Source of the DNA: an uncultured delta proteobacterium
GTDB taxonomy: Bacteria; Myxococcota_A; Polyangia; Polyangiales; Polyangiaceae
Direction of reading: 5' to 3'
DNA length: 64,000 nt
Assembly (NCBI GenBank): GCA_963696385.1
Contig: CAVOKF010000001.1
Location: 1-64,000 of the forward strand
Under the pieces are notes generated by a model. That model was not told the origin of the DNA and ran no database searches. It saw only the letters and a list, made by a program, of their open reading frames with translations. Position 1 is the stretch's first letter. Every line of letters begins with the position of its first letter. Shown here in pieces: positions 1 through 11,576 of the stretch. The position numbers and the translations under genes are program-made.

Positions 1-32
1 CTGCAACGGCTGCCCATCGATCAGCAGATACA

Positions 33-1193
33 TCAGGGTTTCCTCACGACGAGCAATGCCACGGCGCACGACGCAGCTTCGAGTCCACTTCTCGGCCCGG
101 CTGGCGTCCGTCGTGAACGAGCCGGGCGCTGCCGTCGCGCACGCCGTAGGCGCTCCACGCGCTCGAACGGCCGCAGCAGCTCGTCAAGGCGAGACTGGTC
201 ATAGATGCGCTGCAACGGCGTCACCGCCGATCGGCCATACGGCACCGTCAGCAGGAAGAGGCCGCCCGGCCGCGCAGACCGATCACCTCGGCGACCACGT
301 CAAAGTCATCGCCGTGGTGCGGCGTCGTTCCGTACCAGTCGAGCCCGACGTGCTCGATGGTGGACAGGCTGACGACCACGTCGAAGCTGGCGTCCTCGAA
401 GGGCAGGTGCGAAATGTCGCCCCGCAACACCTGCAACGACGGATGCTCCAGCGGCAAGTTGCGCAGGTCCACGGCGACGACATCGTAGCCGAAGCAGGCC
501 ATTTCGAGGGAGCTGGTGCTCTCGGCGAGGCCCAGGTCGAGGACGCCCGGCGGCTTGGGCAAGCGGTGTGGATGAACATATGCTCGAGGATGCGTTCCGA
601 GACGCCGACGGGCACGGCCTTGCTGTTCTCGAAGCGCACGACGACCGGCGGATTGAACCACAGGCCAGCCTGGGCCAGCTTGCCGTTGCCGCCGAGTTCC
701 CGATTGAGGACCTCGTCGGTGGAGCCGGCCGCCGGCGGTTCGGCGACCGAGGGATACTCCTGCGGGTCGGTTTTCATCAGACAGGTCATAGAGGACACGG
801 CAGCTTCCTCAAGCTGTTTGTCGAGGGCCGCGAAGCGCGAGATACGAGGCGAGATGCAGTGCTTCCAGGGCCTCGATCAGAATGCGCGTTGCAGCGGGTC
901 TGCATTTCCAGCCAGGGCCGCAGCAGGACGCGGAGGGCGCCGCGGAGAAGGCGGACGATCGGGGCAAACCGGCCGGGTTTCACGGTCGGCGGATGGTTGA
1001 GCAGGTCGCCGCAGTGGAGAAGTTTGCGACGGGTGTCCTTGCGAATGCCGGCGGGGAAATCCTGGCAAGCCGGCGGTTCGGGGGTGAGCCAACGGTGCTC
1101 CAGTCCGTTGCACATGGCTTCGGCCAGGGCCTGCGGTGTGGCCTCGGGGGACTCCAGGGTGGAAAGCTTCCCGCACGACGGAGTGGTGAGCAT
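33..1193 (-). pseudogene. Class I SAM-dependent methyltransferase (DUF268-like), split over several frames
   Basis: Consecutive ORF pieces 786-1193, 283-798, 248-661 and 33-245 contain VLDLG.AES, VVAVDLR, GDISHLPFEDASFDVVVSLSTIEHVG; frameshifts may be sequencing errors. Confidence 0.7.
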
Positions 1194-1502
1194 GACAATG
1201 GCCTCACTTCACGAATGAGAAAGAGACGGATCAGTCGTCGCGGAGCGGACTCAGGGGAGAAGCGAGGTATCCGCCGCACCGAGGCGGGCCGCTCGCAGAA
1301 GCGGGGTCGTGTATAGCAAAAGCGGGAGGCGCTGTCAATTCGGGGCAGCGCCGCGGATGTCCCTCCGAATTTGGGCGAGCCGGATTACCAGATGGTGAAC
1401 CAGACTTCTGGTCTGGGCTTGACCGCGGTCGCCCTCCCTCAACGCATTGAGTTCCAAGGAAATGCGATCCTGATACACAAACCCGGTGCAGGTGTCGCAT
1501 TC

Positions 1503-1564
1503 GGGAGGGCGAGGCTCCTGCCGAGCTTTGCGACCTCGCGGCTCGGCAGGAGCCTCGCCCTCCC
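1503..1564. repeat. Perfect 24-bp inverted repeat (REP-like palindrome)
   Basis: gggagggcgaggctcctgccgagc (1503-1526) / gctcggcaggagcctcgccctccc (1541-1564), intergenic. Confidence 0.85.
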
Positions 1565-1779
1565 AAAAAGAGGGGACCGCATCATCGGGTGCATGTATGA
1601 GAGTCTGTTCCACAAGCGCCAGAAGGGGCGACAGAAAAATTGCCTGGGGTGTCGAACCCCAGGCGTGAGACGGTATCCCCAAGCAATTCCGCCTGGGGTT
1701 CACACCCCACGCTACTCGCTGTCGCCGCTGCCCGAAAAGGTGCTGACCAACGACGCTGACTGGGCCGAGGGAGGCTGGC

Positions 1780-1915
1780 AGCCGATTACCTGGGCTCTCG
1801 GCAATCGGGCTCTCGCCCTGGAAGACGCGGATCGTCGCCGCTAACTGGTTGTCCTCCACGGTCGAGCAGAGCTGCTTTGGCGCTCCGTCGGGATCGTAGT
1901 ATTGCGCAAGAGATA
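1780..1915 (-). pseudogene. Hsp70/DnaK substrate-binding domain remnant
   Basis: Minus strand reads LRNTTIPT then, after a frame break, STVEDNQLAATIRVFQGESPIAE, matching the DnaK NTTIPT...STAxDNQ...VxQGE motif; rest of gene absent. Confidence 0.5.
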
Positions 1916-2481
1916 GCAGGTTCGGCGAGGGTGTGCTGGTGCTGTCGAATCAGGCGATCCTCAGACCGCCTGCTCAGCCACTGCTGCCGTGTCGATGGCC
2001 CCGTTCCCCGTGGCTCTGGAACGTCCTGTTGTTGTCCCTGTAGTGGCTGTCCACTTTTACATTGCACTTCTTGACCACCTTCTCGGCTTCCCGCGTTTCC
2101 TGCTCCCGATGCTCGTGCCAGCCGTCCTCCCTGGACGAACTTGCTCATTCGTACCTTCCGACCAGCTCTTGCTCCGCTTCCAGCCAGAACTGGACGCCGT
2201 CCCCGGTCGGATGTCCAGCGGCCTCCCATTTCTGATAGGCACAAAGCCGAATGTCCTCGTCCGAAACCGACGTTCCCTTGTGGCCTGTCGCCGGAGGCGA
2301 TGGGGGTGTGGGTTGGAGTCGGGTCCAGTCGGACTCGACTGTGCGAGAGTCGCTCGCTTAGTAGTGTGTGTGCATGAGTGCGTTCCTTTGTATCCTTGGG
2401 CCACCTGACAAGGCGAAAAAGATCTCGCTTCGAGCGTACGGAAAGCAGGAAGGAGCGGCGGGGTTTATCTCCGTCGTCTGC

Positions 2482-2512
2482 CCGCCGGGACGGCCCGGCG
2501 GCTCTTTTTCTC
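2482..2512 (+). terminator. GC hairpin followed by pyrimidine tract, possible intrinsic terminator
   Basis: ccgccggg-acgg-cccggcgg-ctctttttctct. Confidence 0.4.
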
Positions 2513-2613
2513 TGAACGCTCTTATCATAATCGGGAGAAGTCGAACTCAGACAGGAAGGAAGGTGCGTCAGCGCACCACCCTTCCCCGCCGACGGCCAAA
2601 ACGCTGTCTTTCC

Positions 2614-2835
2614 CTACAGTGGCTCTGGAGTGCTGGGGAAAGGCCGTCTCCTGTTAGTCCCCTCAGAGAGATCCCCTCCTCCGAACCCGGCTCCCAGGAA
2701 GGACAGAACCGCAAGAATCAGGAAGATCACGAAGACGATCTTCGCCCCTTCCCACGACAAGGCCGCCACTCCTCCGAAGCCGAGGAAAGCAGCGATCAGG
2801 GCGACGACCAGGAACACGACCGCTAAACGTAACAT
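2614..2835 (-). CDS. DUF1328 (UPF0391/YtjA-like) small membrane protein
   Basis: MLRLAVVFLVVALIAAFLGFGGVAALSWEGAKIVFVIFLILAVLSFL; GGAGG RBS upstream. Confidence 0.85.
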   Translation of the reverse strand: MLRLAVVFLVVALIAAFLGFGGVAALSWEGAKIVFVIFLILAVLSFLGAGFGGGDLSEGTNRRRPFPSTPEPL

Positions 2836-3099
2836 GGCCAGTCCTCCATATAACGGTAGGGGGTGACTCGTAAGGAATGACGTGCTGACCGTCAGCATCG
2901 GCTTTCCTTGCGATCAACCCCTTTCCAGAGCTTGGTTGCCTTACAAGCTGCATGGAAACGGAGAGCCTAACTCTATTGCGACTATGTCCTCGCACTTCCC
3001 ATGCCGCATGACAGGGAAGCATGTGGAATGATACACGCCTTACTTCTATCAAGGCATACGGTATGCCACCCTGGTGCCTGCCCGCTGGCGAGACTCGCA

Positions 3100-3848
3100 C
3101 CACGAGGAGTGGCCAACTTGTCGGCCGGGTCCGTCAGCGTCCATTCCCCCAGCCAGCTTCGGGAGGTGAGGCGAACCTGCTTTACAACCTGTGCTGTAGT
3201 TGCCCCAATGCTTGTGACTGCTGTCAGCCGGCCCTGGGTTACCGGGTGGACTTGATAAGCGGCGTCTGTTACCTGGATCTACGCGAGGGACTGGGCATCA
3301 CTGAAAACATCCAGGTCCTTCCGGGTGCGCCGGTCTTCCCTGGTGATAGCATCCGTACCTTCGACCAGTTCGACACGCGCAACCAGTTCCATGGCGGCCA
3401 ACTCGGAGCCCGGGCCGAGGTGGCAAGGGCGCCTGTTCGTCGATGTCACGGGCAAAGTCGCCCTCGGGGACACGCACCAGACGGTCGATATCAACGGCTC
3501 CACGACGATCACGCCGCCCGGGGGGCCAGCCATCGTTCTCCGGGGGGGCTTGCTCGCTCTGCCGACCAACATCGGCCACTATTCGCGTGACCAGTTCTCC
3601 GTCGTCCCGGAAGTGGGTGTCAATGTCGGCTATCAGGTCACGAACTACCTGCGCATCCTGGTCGGCTACACTCTTCTCTACTGGAGCGACGTCGTCGCCC
3701 GGCGACCAGATCGACCTCGGAGTGAACTCCACCGCGCATCCCAACGAGTTTGGTGCCGACCAGCGGGCCCTTGCGGCCGCAGTTTACCTTCCGGGACACG
3801 GACTTCTGGGCCCAGGGCATCAACCTCGGCCTGCAGTTCCGTTACTAA
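3100..3848 (+). pseudogene. BBP7 (DUF1551) Planctomycete outer-membrane beta-barrel, C-terminal part, frameshifted
   Basis: DQFDTRNQFHGGQLG, GKVALG, GGLLALPTNIG, FSVVPEVGVNVGYQVT..LRILVGYTLLYWSDV, PGDQID, DFWAQGINLGLQFRY*; N-terminus not found. Confidence 0.75.
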
Positions 3849-3868
3849 CCCCGACCCTTCTTGCCTGC

Positions 3869-4654
3869 TCAACCGACGAAGACCCCGCCGCTGTAGGCGG
3901 GGTCGAAGGCGTAGAAGGAGGACAGCAGGGCCAGCGTCGCGTCGTCGAAGGTTGCGGCCACCGGGCCGCCTCCTGGTCCGGTCCCGACCAGGACGGCCGG
4001 GTGCCCGAGGGACGTGCTTCCCGACAGGCTAACGCGCACGCCTCCCGTGAACGACGCCGCGAACGCGTCGAAACTCGCCTCCAATTCGCCGCTGGTGCCG
4101 TCGAGGACCGTCACCTGCGGACCGCCGCCCGCGTCGGCGCCGACGATGATGTCGGCATAGCCGTTGCCAAGGAGATCGCCGGCCTCCACGTACACGCCGC
4201 CGGAGAAGCTCGGCGCAAAGGCGTCGAAACTGCGAATGAGCGGGAAGGTCTGGCCGTCGTAGACTTCGACCTGCGGACCGCCGCCGGGCCCGGCCCCGAC
4301 GATGATATCGGTGAAGCCGTCGCCGTTCACGTCGCCCGTGGCCACTCGCACTCCGCCGGTGAAGTTCGGGGTGAAGGGATTGAGCACGGCCTCCAGGACT
4401 CCGGTCTGGGCGTTGTAGACGTTGACCTGGGCGCACGTTCCCGGCCCCGTCCTGACCGCGAAGAGGGGGGAAGCCACGGGGGCCGGTGGGTCGATGGTGT
4501 TGCTATCCAGCGTCACGGCCCCATTCCCGCCAGGGCCCTGCCGCACGAAATGGTTGCCGCGGTATCCAGGGTAATGCTCGTCGACGACGAGGATATTTCC
4601 AGCGAACGTGGTGGTCGTGCCCAGAGTCGCGGAACTTCCGACCTGCCAGTACAC
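3869..4654 (-). pseudogene. Ice-binding (DUF3494) C-terminal fragment fused to FG-GAP-like repeats
   Basis: YWQVGSSATLGTTTTFAGNIL and GAVTLDSNTI, then F.GGVRVA.GDVNGDG..DIIVGAGPGGGPQV repeats; 5' part missing, internal frameshifts. Confidence 0.7.
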
Positions 4655-4947
4655 TGCTCATGCCACATGGCGGCGGAAATCAGGTGGAGTGCCGCAAGCC
4701 ATTATTGTCTCAGGTCTTACACATTTCCCGCCCCTGGTCCCTGCCCGGAGGCCAGCCTGCCCCCCACGAAGAGTGGCTAACGGTGCCGGGTGGAACCGCA
4801 CACCGGATGTCTCCTGTCGGATGGCTCACGGGGAAAAAGAGGTGTCTGGGCAGTCCGCGAGCTGGCCAATGGGTCGGCGGTCTGGCCCAGTACATGGCCA
4901 GCTTCAGCCGTAGAATGACAGAAGGACAACCGGAAGGGAGCCACGTC

Positions 4948-6091
4948 ATGAAATGGTCCTGGAAGCTCGGTCGGCTGGCCGGCATCGACGTGTACGTTCA
5001 TGCCACCTTCCTCCTCCTGATCGGCTGGGTACTGTTCGCCGCGTTCGCCCATCACGGGAACCTCGGTGAAGCCCTGGGCGAGGTGGCGTTCGTCCTGTTG
5101 CTGTTCGGCATCATCGTCTTGCATGAGTTGGGCCACGCCCTGGCCGCACGACGTTACGGCATCCAGACACGCGACATCACGCTCTTGCCAATCGGCGGCC
5201 TGGCTCGGCTCGAGCGCATGCCGACGGACCCACGGCAAGAACTCGTCGTCGCCCTGGCAGGGCCGGCCGTCAATGTTGTGCTCGCTGTCGGGCTCTTCCT
5301 TGTCCTGGCCGCCATATCGGATGTGCAAGAGTTGCACGGCGATGAACTGCTCAGTGGCGATTTCCTGAATCGGCTGATGTGGGTGAACGTCGTTCTGGTC
5401 GCGTTCAACATGCTGCCAGCCTTCCCGATGGATGGGGGCCGGGTGTTGCGCGCCTTGCTGGCCATGCGCATGGACTACGTGCAGGCGACCCAGATCGCCG
5501 CCGGCATTGGTCAGGCGATGGCATTCCTTTTCGGCCTCCTGGGGCTCATCGGCCATAACCCGTTTCTGGTCTTCATTGCTCTGTTCGTGTGGCTCGGCGC
5601 GGCCCAGGAAGGGAGCATGGTCGAGCAGCGGTCGGCCCTCGCCGGGGTGAAGGTGAGCGCCGCCATGATTACCCATTTCGAGACGTTGGCGCCGGACGAT
5701 TCGCTGGCGCGGGCCGTGGAGCACGTCCTTGCGGGTTTCCAGCACGATTTCCCTGTGGTAAGAGAGGGGCAGGTCATCGGCATGCTGCCGCGCCAGGTCT
5801 CTGATCGCCGCCCTGTCCGAAAAGGGGCCGACGACGCCTGTGAGCGCGGTCATGCAGCAGCAGTTCGTGACGACCACTCCCGATGAGCCGGTGGAGGAGT
5901 TGCTGAGGCGGTTGGCGGACGAACGCTCGCCGACGGTGCCAGTGGTGTCCGACGGCCGGCTCCATGGGCTGGTGACGCTCGAAAACATCGGGGAGTTGCT
6001 GTTGTTCCAGTCGGCGCTGCGAACGCGAAACGCGGCGGAGAATGCGTGGCGCGCTGATGCTGCGCGGAGCCAGGATTCGCCTCCGGTCTGA
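4948..6091 (+). CDS. Site-2 protease (M50) with tandem CBS domains, one frameshift near 5800
   Basis: HELGH, AGPAVN, FNMLPAFPMDGGRVLRA; CBS motifs continue in ORF 5840-6091. Confidence 0.9.
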
Positions 6092-6156
6092 CGGTCTCGA
6101 CAGGCCAGTGAAATCAACTAAGAGCTAGCGGACAAAACCTTGGGAACACACCAGAA

Positions 6157-6216
6157 CACCAGCCCGAAGCGCAAGCGAGGGAAGCAGTTACCCATCGCTT
6201 GCGCTCCGGGCTGGTG
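6157..6216. repeat. Imperfect inverted repeat (REP-like)
   Basis: caccagcccgaagcgcaagcgaggg ... cccatcgcttgcgctccgggctggtg between convergent genes. Confidence 0.8.
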
Positions 6217-6433
6217 AGTTTTGTCCGGTAGCTCTAAGGCCCGGACGTCAGGCGGAAAGGCCTCGCGGGTGGCCCTCATCGCCGTGGCCCGGAAAATCCC
6301 CGTGCTCGCCAACGCCCTGGTTCGAGACGGGTGCCGTACAAGGAGGCGGCAAACTGCGTCTGCCAAAAACCCTTGAAAGAGAACAGAGTCACTCCCGGCT
6401 CGCCAACAACTGCCAGGAGCCGGAGCCGCCCAT

Positions 6434-7607
6434 TTACGCCGCTCGCTTCCGTGCCGCGGCTTCGGTGAAGACGTGCAGCAACTGCCGATAGTGCTCCTCG
6501 AAAGTCCACTGCGCCGCCGTCCGCCGCGCTGCCTGAGCGCAGGCCGTGCGCGGCGGCCGGATCGGCAGTCTGGTCCATGCACCACGCCAGGTGCTGATGA
6601 TCGTGCGGATCGACGATCACCAGACCAGCCGGCGGTGTTCCCATGCAGTTCGCTGGCGCCGTTGCAGCGGCTGGTGATGACCGGCAGACCGCACGCCAGC
6701 GCCTCTAGCACCACCAGCGAGCACGGATCGTAAAAGGTCGGATGCACCAGGAAGTCGGCCGCGAAGTAGCACGTGCTGCACGTCGCGCTGCGGGCCGAGG
6801 AAATGCACCGTCTCCGCGATGCCCAGCCGCCGGGCCAGCGTTCGTAGGGCGCCGTCCGCGGGTTGCCCGGCCACCAGCAGATGGAAACGCTCGCGGTCGG
6901 CCATGCGGCCGCCACGGAATTCAGCAGGGGCGCCAGTCCCTTGAGGCGATAGTTCATGGCCACGAACAGGGCGACCGTTTCCTCCGGGCCGATGTCCCGC
7001 TGCTGGCGCCATTCCAGACGCTGACGCAGACGGTCCGGCTCGGCGAAGCGGGCCGGGTCGATCGAACTGGGAATGACGCGCAGATCCTCGCGGCTGAAGT
7101 CGTAATAGTGCTGGAAGTGGTGCCGCACCATCTGGCTGTTGACCACCACCAGCGGCCGCCGACTGCCCAGGTATTGCCGCCGTTCCAGCAGTGAAAACGA
7201 CCAGTGGGCCAGGTCCAGTGCCTTGACCGTCCGCGCCAGCAGCGCATCCAGCGACGGCGATACTTCAGCAGGTTGTGCTCCGCCGACGCCGCATGCAGGC
7301 CACCCTGCGGATAGAGCACGTCCTGGCCCCAGGTCTTGTCGAAGCCCACCGAAACATCGTGGTCGGCCTCATGCAGGGCCGCGCAGACAGGCGGCACCGA
7401 AGCGCCACGGCCGCAGAAATCGCGGCCCGCGCGGCACCGTCAGCGCATGATAGTGCAGGCCGCGGGCAGGGCGTCGGCGTCCCAGCGGCAGGCGTACAGA
7501 TGCACCTCGTGCTCGTCGGCGACGAGGCGGCGCGCCAGATCGGCGATATAGGTTTCACAGCCGCCGCGGGCCGGTAACACGCTCTCGTAACAGAACGCGA
7601 TGTTCAT
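6434..7607 (-). CDS. GT4 glycosyltransferase (WaaG/RfaG-like), multiply frameshifted
   Basis: MNIAFCYESVLPARGGCETYIADL, DVLYPQGGLH, LFVAMNYRLKGL, AADFLVHPTFYDPCSLVVLEALACGLPVITS. Confidence 0.85.
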
Positions 7608-7622
7608 GAGGGATTCTCGTAC

Positions 7623-8538
7623 CTAGCGCGGGGAGAGGCGCCGCCGGTCGCACGGTGGACGCGACGGCATGCGCGGCCGCCCGGGTCGTCGTTTCGCGTT
7701 GTGCCGCTGGTACAACCGCCATTTGAACGTGATGCACCAGCGAAGGAGTTGGCCCAGCCACGTTCGCCGCCGAGGTCCGAGGTAGGCACGCCAGAAGCGC
7801 AGCCGGTCACGGGCCTCGACGCCGACGACATGGGAGGAATACAGCAACTGGGCCACGTCCTTCGCCTGCCACAGCGGCCAGGTCCAGGGATGATGGCCCA
7901 GGCGATGCAGGTCGATCAGGTGGATTCGGCCGCGCCAGTCGGCGGAGCGTGCGCGGTGTCCTCGCCGGCAATGTAGAAGTGGCAGAGGTACAGATCCTTG
8001 TGGAACCAGTGCCGGCCGTGCAGGTCGCGGACCAGGCGGGCCATTTCAGCGATCAGCGTGCGTTTCCAGCAGCGAAAGTGGCAGGATCGAGGGCTTCGGC
8101 AGCGGCGGGGATGGCCTCGTGCAGCGGCAGCATGCCGGCCAGTTCCTCGACGGCCAGGAAGCTCTGCAAACGGCCCCACGGTCCGATGTACTCGGCGGCA
8201 GCCGCCGCCGTCCGGCACCGGCAGGCCCAGCGTCGCGCCCGTTCCAGATGGTGCCATTCCTGCAAGGCCGGCGACCAGCCGCGGCCCGGCCAGAGCGTCG
8301 CCAGCCAGCCGCTGCCACCACGGCAGGCGATAATGGCGCTTCAGATAGACCCCAGACGCCGGCCCTCCTTCCACGATCCAGCGGCCCGTGGAGCGGCCCT
8401 GCTTGGCGTGGAAGCGATCGGTGACGGCCACGTCCATGATGGTGTCCGGGCCAGTCGGTCCCGGCGAAGTTGCCCCAGTCCGGCCGTTCACGCAGCCGGC
8501 GGGTGCCGCGCGTCAGGCGCTGCCAGAACGATGCTCAT
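7623..8538 (-). CDS. Lipopolysaccharide kinase (WaaP/InaA/Kdo family), frameshifted
   Basis: KQGRSTGR, VYLKRHY, QEWHHL, SFLAVEEL, LHGRHWFHKDLYLCHF, LIDLHR, DVAQLLYSS across frames. Confidence 0.8.
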
Positions 8539-8539
8539 C

Positions 8540-9490
8540 CGGCGTTCCTCCCGATGTGCCGGGGCGGGAAAAACCACTGGACGAGGCGAGCGAGGAACGG
8601 GGCCGGCGGCCGCAGGAACCACCGCCGGCCAGGACCGCGTGGCGGCGGGAGCCTGGCTCACCGAAATACGCGAGCAGAAAGCGCAGCACGTCGCGCGGCT
8701 GAAGACCGCCGCGGCAGCGACGCAGCAGGTGGGCCAGGTCCGCGAACGTCCGCCGCTGGCTCGGCCGCCGCCGCGGTTGAGGTCGTCCACGCTGCCCAGC
8801 ACCACGCCGGGCGCCTGGTTCGCGGACGCTCCTGCACTTGCAGGGCCGCATCCGCGAGGTGGTAGCAGCGTGCCTCGTGCATGCGCCGGACCACGCGGGC
8901 CGCCTCACGGATCAGTCGGCCGCGCTGCTTGCGCTGGGCCGACCACAGCGGTTGTTCGGTGCCGGAACTCAGCCAGTCCGCGAAGCCGAACGTGTTCGGC
9001 GGCGTTTCGGTCAGCAGGAACGACTCCGTTCGCCGCGGCGGAAAATGCTTCTGGCCAAAGGCGAGCAGGCGCGGCGTCGCCGACGCCGTAGCGCTGGAGG
9101 CGGAACAGCAGACCGGCCTGATGCAACTCGCGCGACATCAGATGTTTTCCGCGCAGCCAGTTCCAGAACCAGCGCAGCGGCCAGCGGCGCGGCGGCCGCA
9201 CCAGGGTCGCCTGAAAGGGGCCGGACAGCGTCGCCAGCGCCGGTGCCGAGCGACTGCCGGTGTTCGGCAGTGTGGTGCTCGCCGTATTCCCGGCTTGCCG
9301 GCTGAGTGCGGCGTGCAACTCCGGCGTTACGCACAGCGCTTCGCCGTCGAGCCAGATGAGGCGCTGAACGCCGTCGGTCGGACGGAGCTGGCGTTGCTCA
9401 CCGATGTGGCGATGGCGGAGCAACTTTTCCGCCCGTCGCTCCACCTGGCTGACAACAGTGCGCCGGAAACAGCGGAGAACGCGGCCCGGC
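8540..9490 (-). pseudogene. Second LPS-kinase-like protein, C-terminal part, frameshifted and 5'-truncated
   Basis: QRLIWLDGEALCVT, LLFRLQRYGV..PRLLAFGQ, SFLLTE, RRMHEARCY; directly upstream of the WaaP-like gene. Confidence 0.5.
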
Positions 9491-9539
9491 ACGGTGGTGC
9501 AGGTACGCCCGCAGACAGGCGAGGCGCTCGGCGAGGCGC

Positions 9540-9609
9540 GGCGATCGAGGGCCCGCCGCTTGCGCCGTTCGAGCGCCACGAGCATTCCCGTATCGAACGT
9601 GAACGTCAC
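9540..9609 (-). pseudogene. PIN-domain (VapC-like) toxin, only N-terminus present
   Basis: GTG overlapping antitoxin stop; MTFTFDTGMLVALERRKRRA then runs into unrelated sequence. Confidence 0.6.
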
Positions 9610-9872
9610 GCCGCGCGCCGTCGCTTCTTCTTCGCCGGTGCCTCGCCGCGCCATTCGGCTTCGATCCGCCCGATCGCCTTGTCGGTCAACGGCGGCGCAC
9701 CGCATTGTTCGAAGAACGATTCCGCGGCAGCGAAATTCGTCTCGCGGGTGGCGATTTCCGCAAGCAGCGCCGACACATTGCCCTTGTGGCGTCGCGCGGC
9801 GAGCGCCTTCAGGTTCTTGAGCGTCGCCTCATCGAGAGAGAAGCTGGTCGTCTTGGTTCGGCCGGCGCGCAT
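9606..9872 (-). CDS. Ribbon-helix-helix (CopG/VapB-like) antitoxin
   Basis: KTTSFSLDEATLKNLKALAARRHKGNVSALL; coupled to PIN start. Confidence 0.7.
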   Translation of the reverse strand: MRAGRTKTTSFSLDEATLKNLKALAARRHKGNVSALLAEIATRETNFAAAESFFEQCGAPPLTDKAIGRIEAEWRGEAPAKKKRRRAA

Positions 9873-10113
9873 GATCGCACGTAGCATACCCCGGCCGCCG
9901 TCGCCGGTTCGTCATGCGAGGCGAACGTTCGGGCGCGCAACCGCCCTCACACCGGTTCACGAAATCCTAAGCGTCGACGCGCTGCCCAAGTCCAGCGGAC
10001 GGGTCGCAGTCGGTCCTGCGACGGACGGAGACGAGGGCGGGGGAGGCCGACTGCGGCGTCTCCCCGTGGGGATCACCCAACCTTGGACCTGGCGGTCTGT
10101 GCGCCCTGCACCG

Positions 10114-11207
10114 TCACTGAGCAGCCCATTGCAGATACGCCACGGCGACGTCGAACGCCGGAGTGGTACCCGCACTAATCGTATCCTGAAAGTGAATGTT
10201 GTAGATATGCGCAGGATCGAAGGTCAAGACGCCTTCGCCCGACCAGTCTTGGACGGCGAGATCGGAAAACTTGACGTAGATCTGCTTCCAGCAGGTGTCG
10301 AACTCGACTTCGTACCGGAAGCTGTCCGAGCAGGGGCAGTCCTTGGTCCCCGCTTCCGTCGTCGATGCCGAGCAGGTGCCCGAGCTCTTGCAAACGTCAC
10401 AACGTAGCGGCGACGTGGGCGTGGCGCTAACCGGAACCGAATTGCCCCACGGGGCCGTGGATGCGTCGTCGACTTGGACATAAAGCTTGATGCTTTTGCC
10501 CGTGAGCGAGATCGCCCAGAAGGAGAACCCGGCGTATGCGCTCGCATCGAAAGGCTGGGGAATTCCCGTGTTCGTCAGAGTCGGGGTGGTGTTGAAGAGC
10601 ATCGCGCCGTCCGGTAGCCCGGCGACGGGCGGGCACGAGTTGAAGGCCACCGCACTGCCGTCGGGCGGGTAGCTCGTGAAATCCATCCCGAAACCGGCCC
10701 CCCATTCGGGGATGCCGTTGCCGCTGAACTCGCGGTAGCCCGGCGCGACCTCGTCGCCCATGCCCACGCTGGCCGGAAGCGCCGGGACCGCTGGGTTCGT
10801 GATTCCAAACGAGGCAAAGGGAAAGTTTTGTCCCTCCGGCGGAGTCAGCGTTCCGGCATCGTTCGTCAGAATCGGCGGCTCGGAGTTCGGCACGCTTCGC
10901 GACGAGTAGGTATACCAAGAGCCGCCCGTTTCGGACTCGTTGTTGGTCATGTCGTCGAGGATGGGGCCCGCCGTGAAACCGGTCGCGGTCGAGCTCACAC
11001 ACGCGACCGCACCCGCGTCCGAGCTCCCACTCGAGCTTCCGCCCGTGCTCGTGCTCGTGCCGCCCGTTCCCCCGTATTTTGCCCCGTACCCGTTCCAGTC
11101 CCTGTGCCGGTTGGGGTACTGTTGCCGCTGCCAAAACAGGCCCAGGCGGATGCGAGGCTCGTGACGGTGACGAGCGACATACCGAAGCGAAACGTCTTAT
11201 TCTTCAC
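10114..11207 (-). CDS. Putative lipoprotein with carbohydrate-binding-like (beta-sandwich) domain, frameshift in Gly/Thr linker
   Basis: Signal ending SAWAC, TG linker, then WGAGFGMDF, FDASAYAGFSFWA, WKQIYVKFSDL; ORFs 10995-11207 and 10114-10998. Confidence 0.6.
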
Positions 11208-11576
11208 GAGCGCACCTCAATCCGTTCTCGAGTCAGTCGTAGGTTAGGTGTCGGCGGCTATCCGACGAAGATTGTGCTCGTCGTCGCCGAGCGGCCGCGC
11301 ATACTATACCGCAAGCGATGTCGTGTCCTTCACGAACTTCGAGCGTTCTCAAGGCTCCATGCGGCGTCGCCCCCGTAGGGAGCCCCATCGCTCGTGCATC
11401 GCGTTGCCGGTCAAGGCCCGGCAGAGCCGCCGACGAGCGCTTTAGGCCGGAATGCTAAAGCGCAGGCGAGGCGGGACACGGTCAGGCTTCGATTCGAAGC
11501 CGCCGGGACCCGCGAGTTTGGTTCGCTTCCGGCGGCACAGGTGCCGATCACGCCACTGGATCTGGGAGAAAATAGA

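Noticed and set aside
2482..2501. Guanidine-II (mini-ykkC) riboswitch from the ACGG-loop hairpin
   Set aside because: Only one ACGR hairpin is present and no suitable downstream transporter gene.
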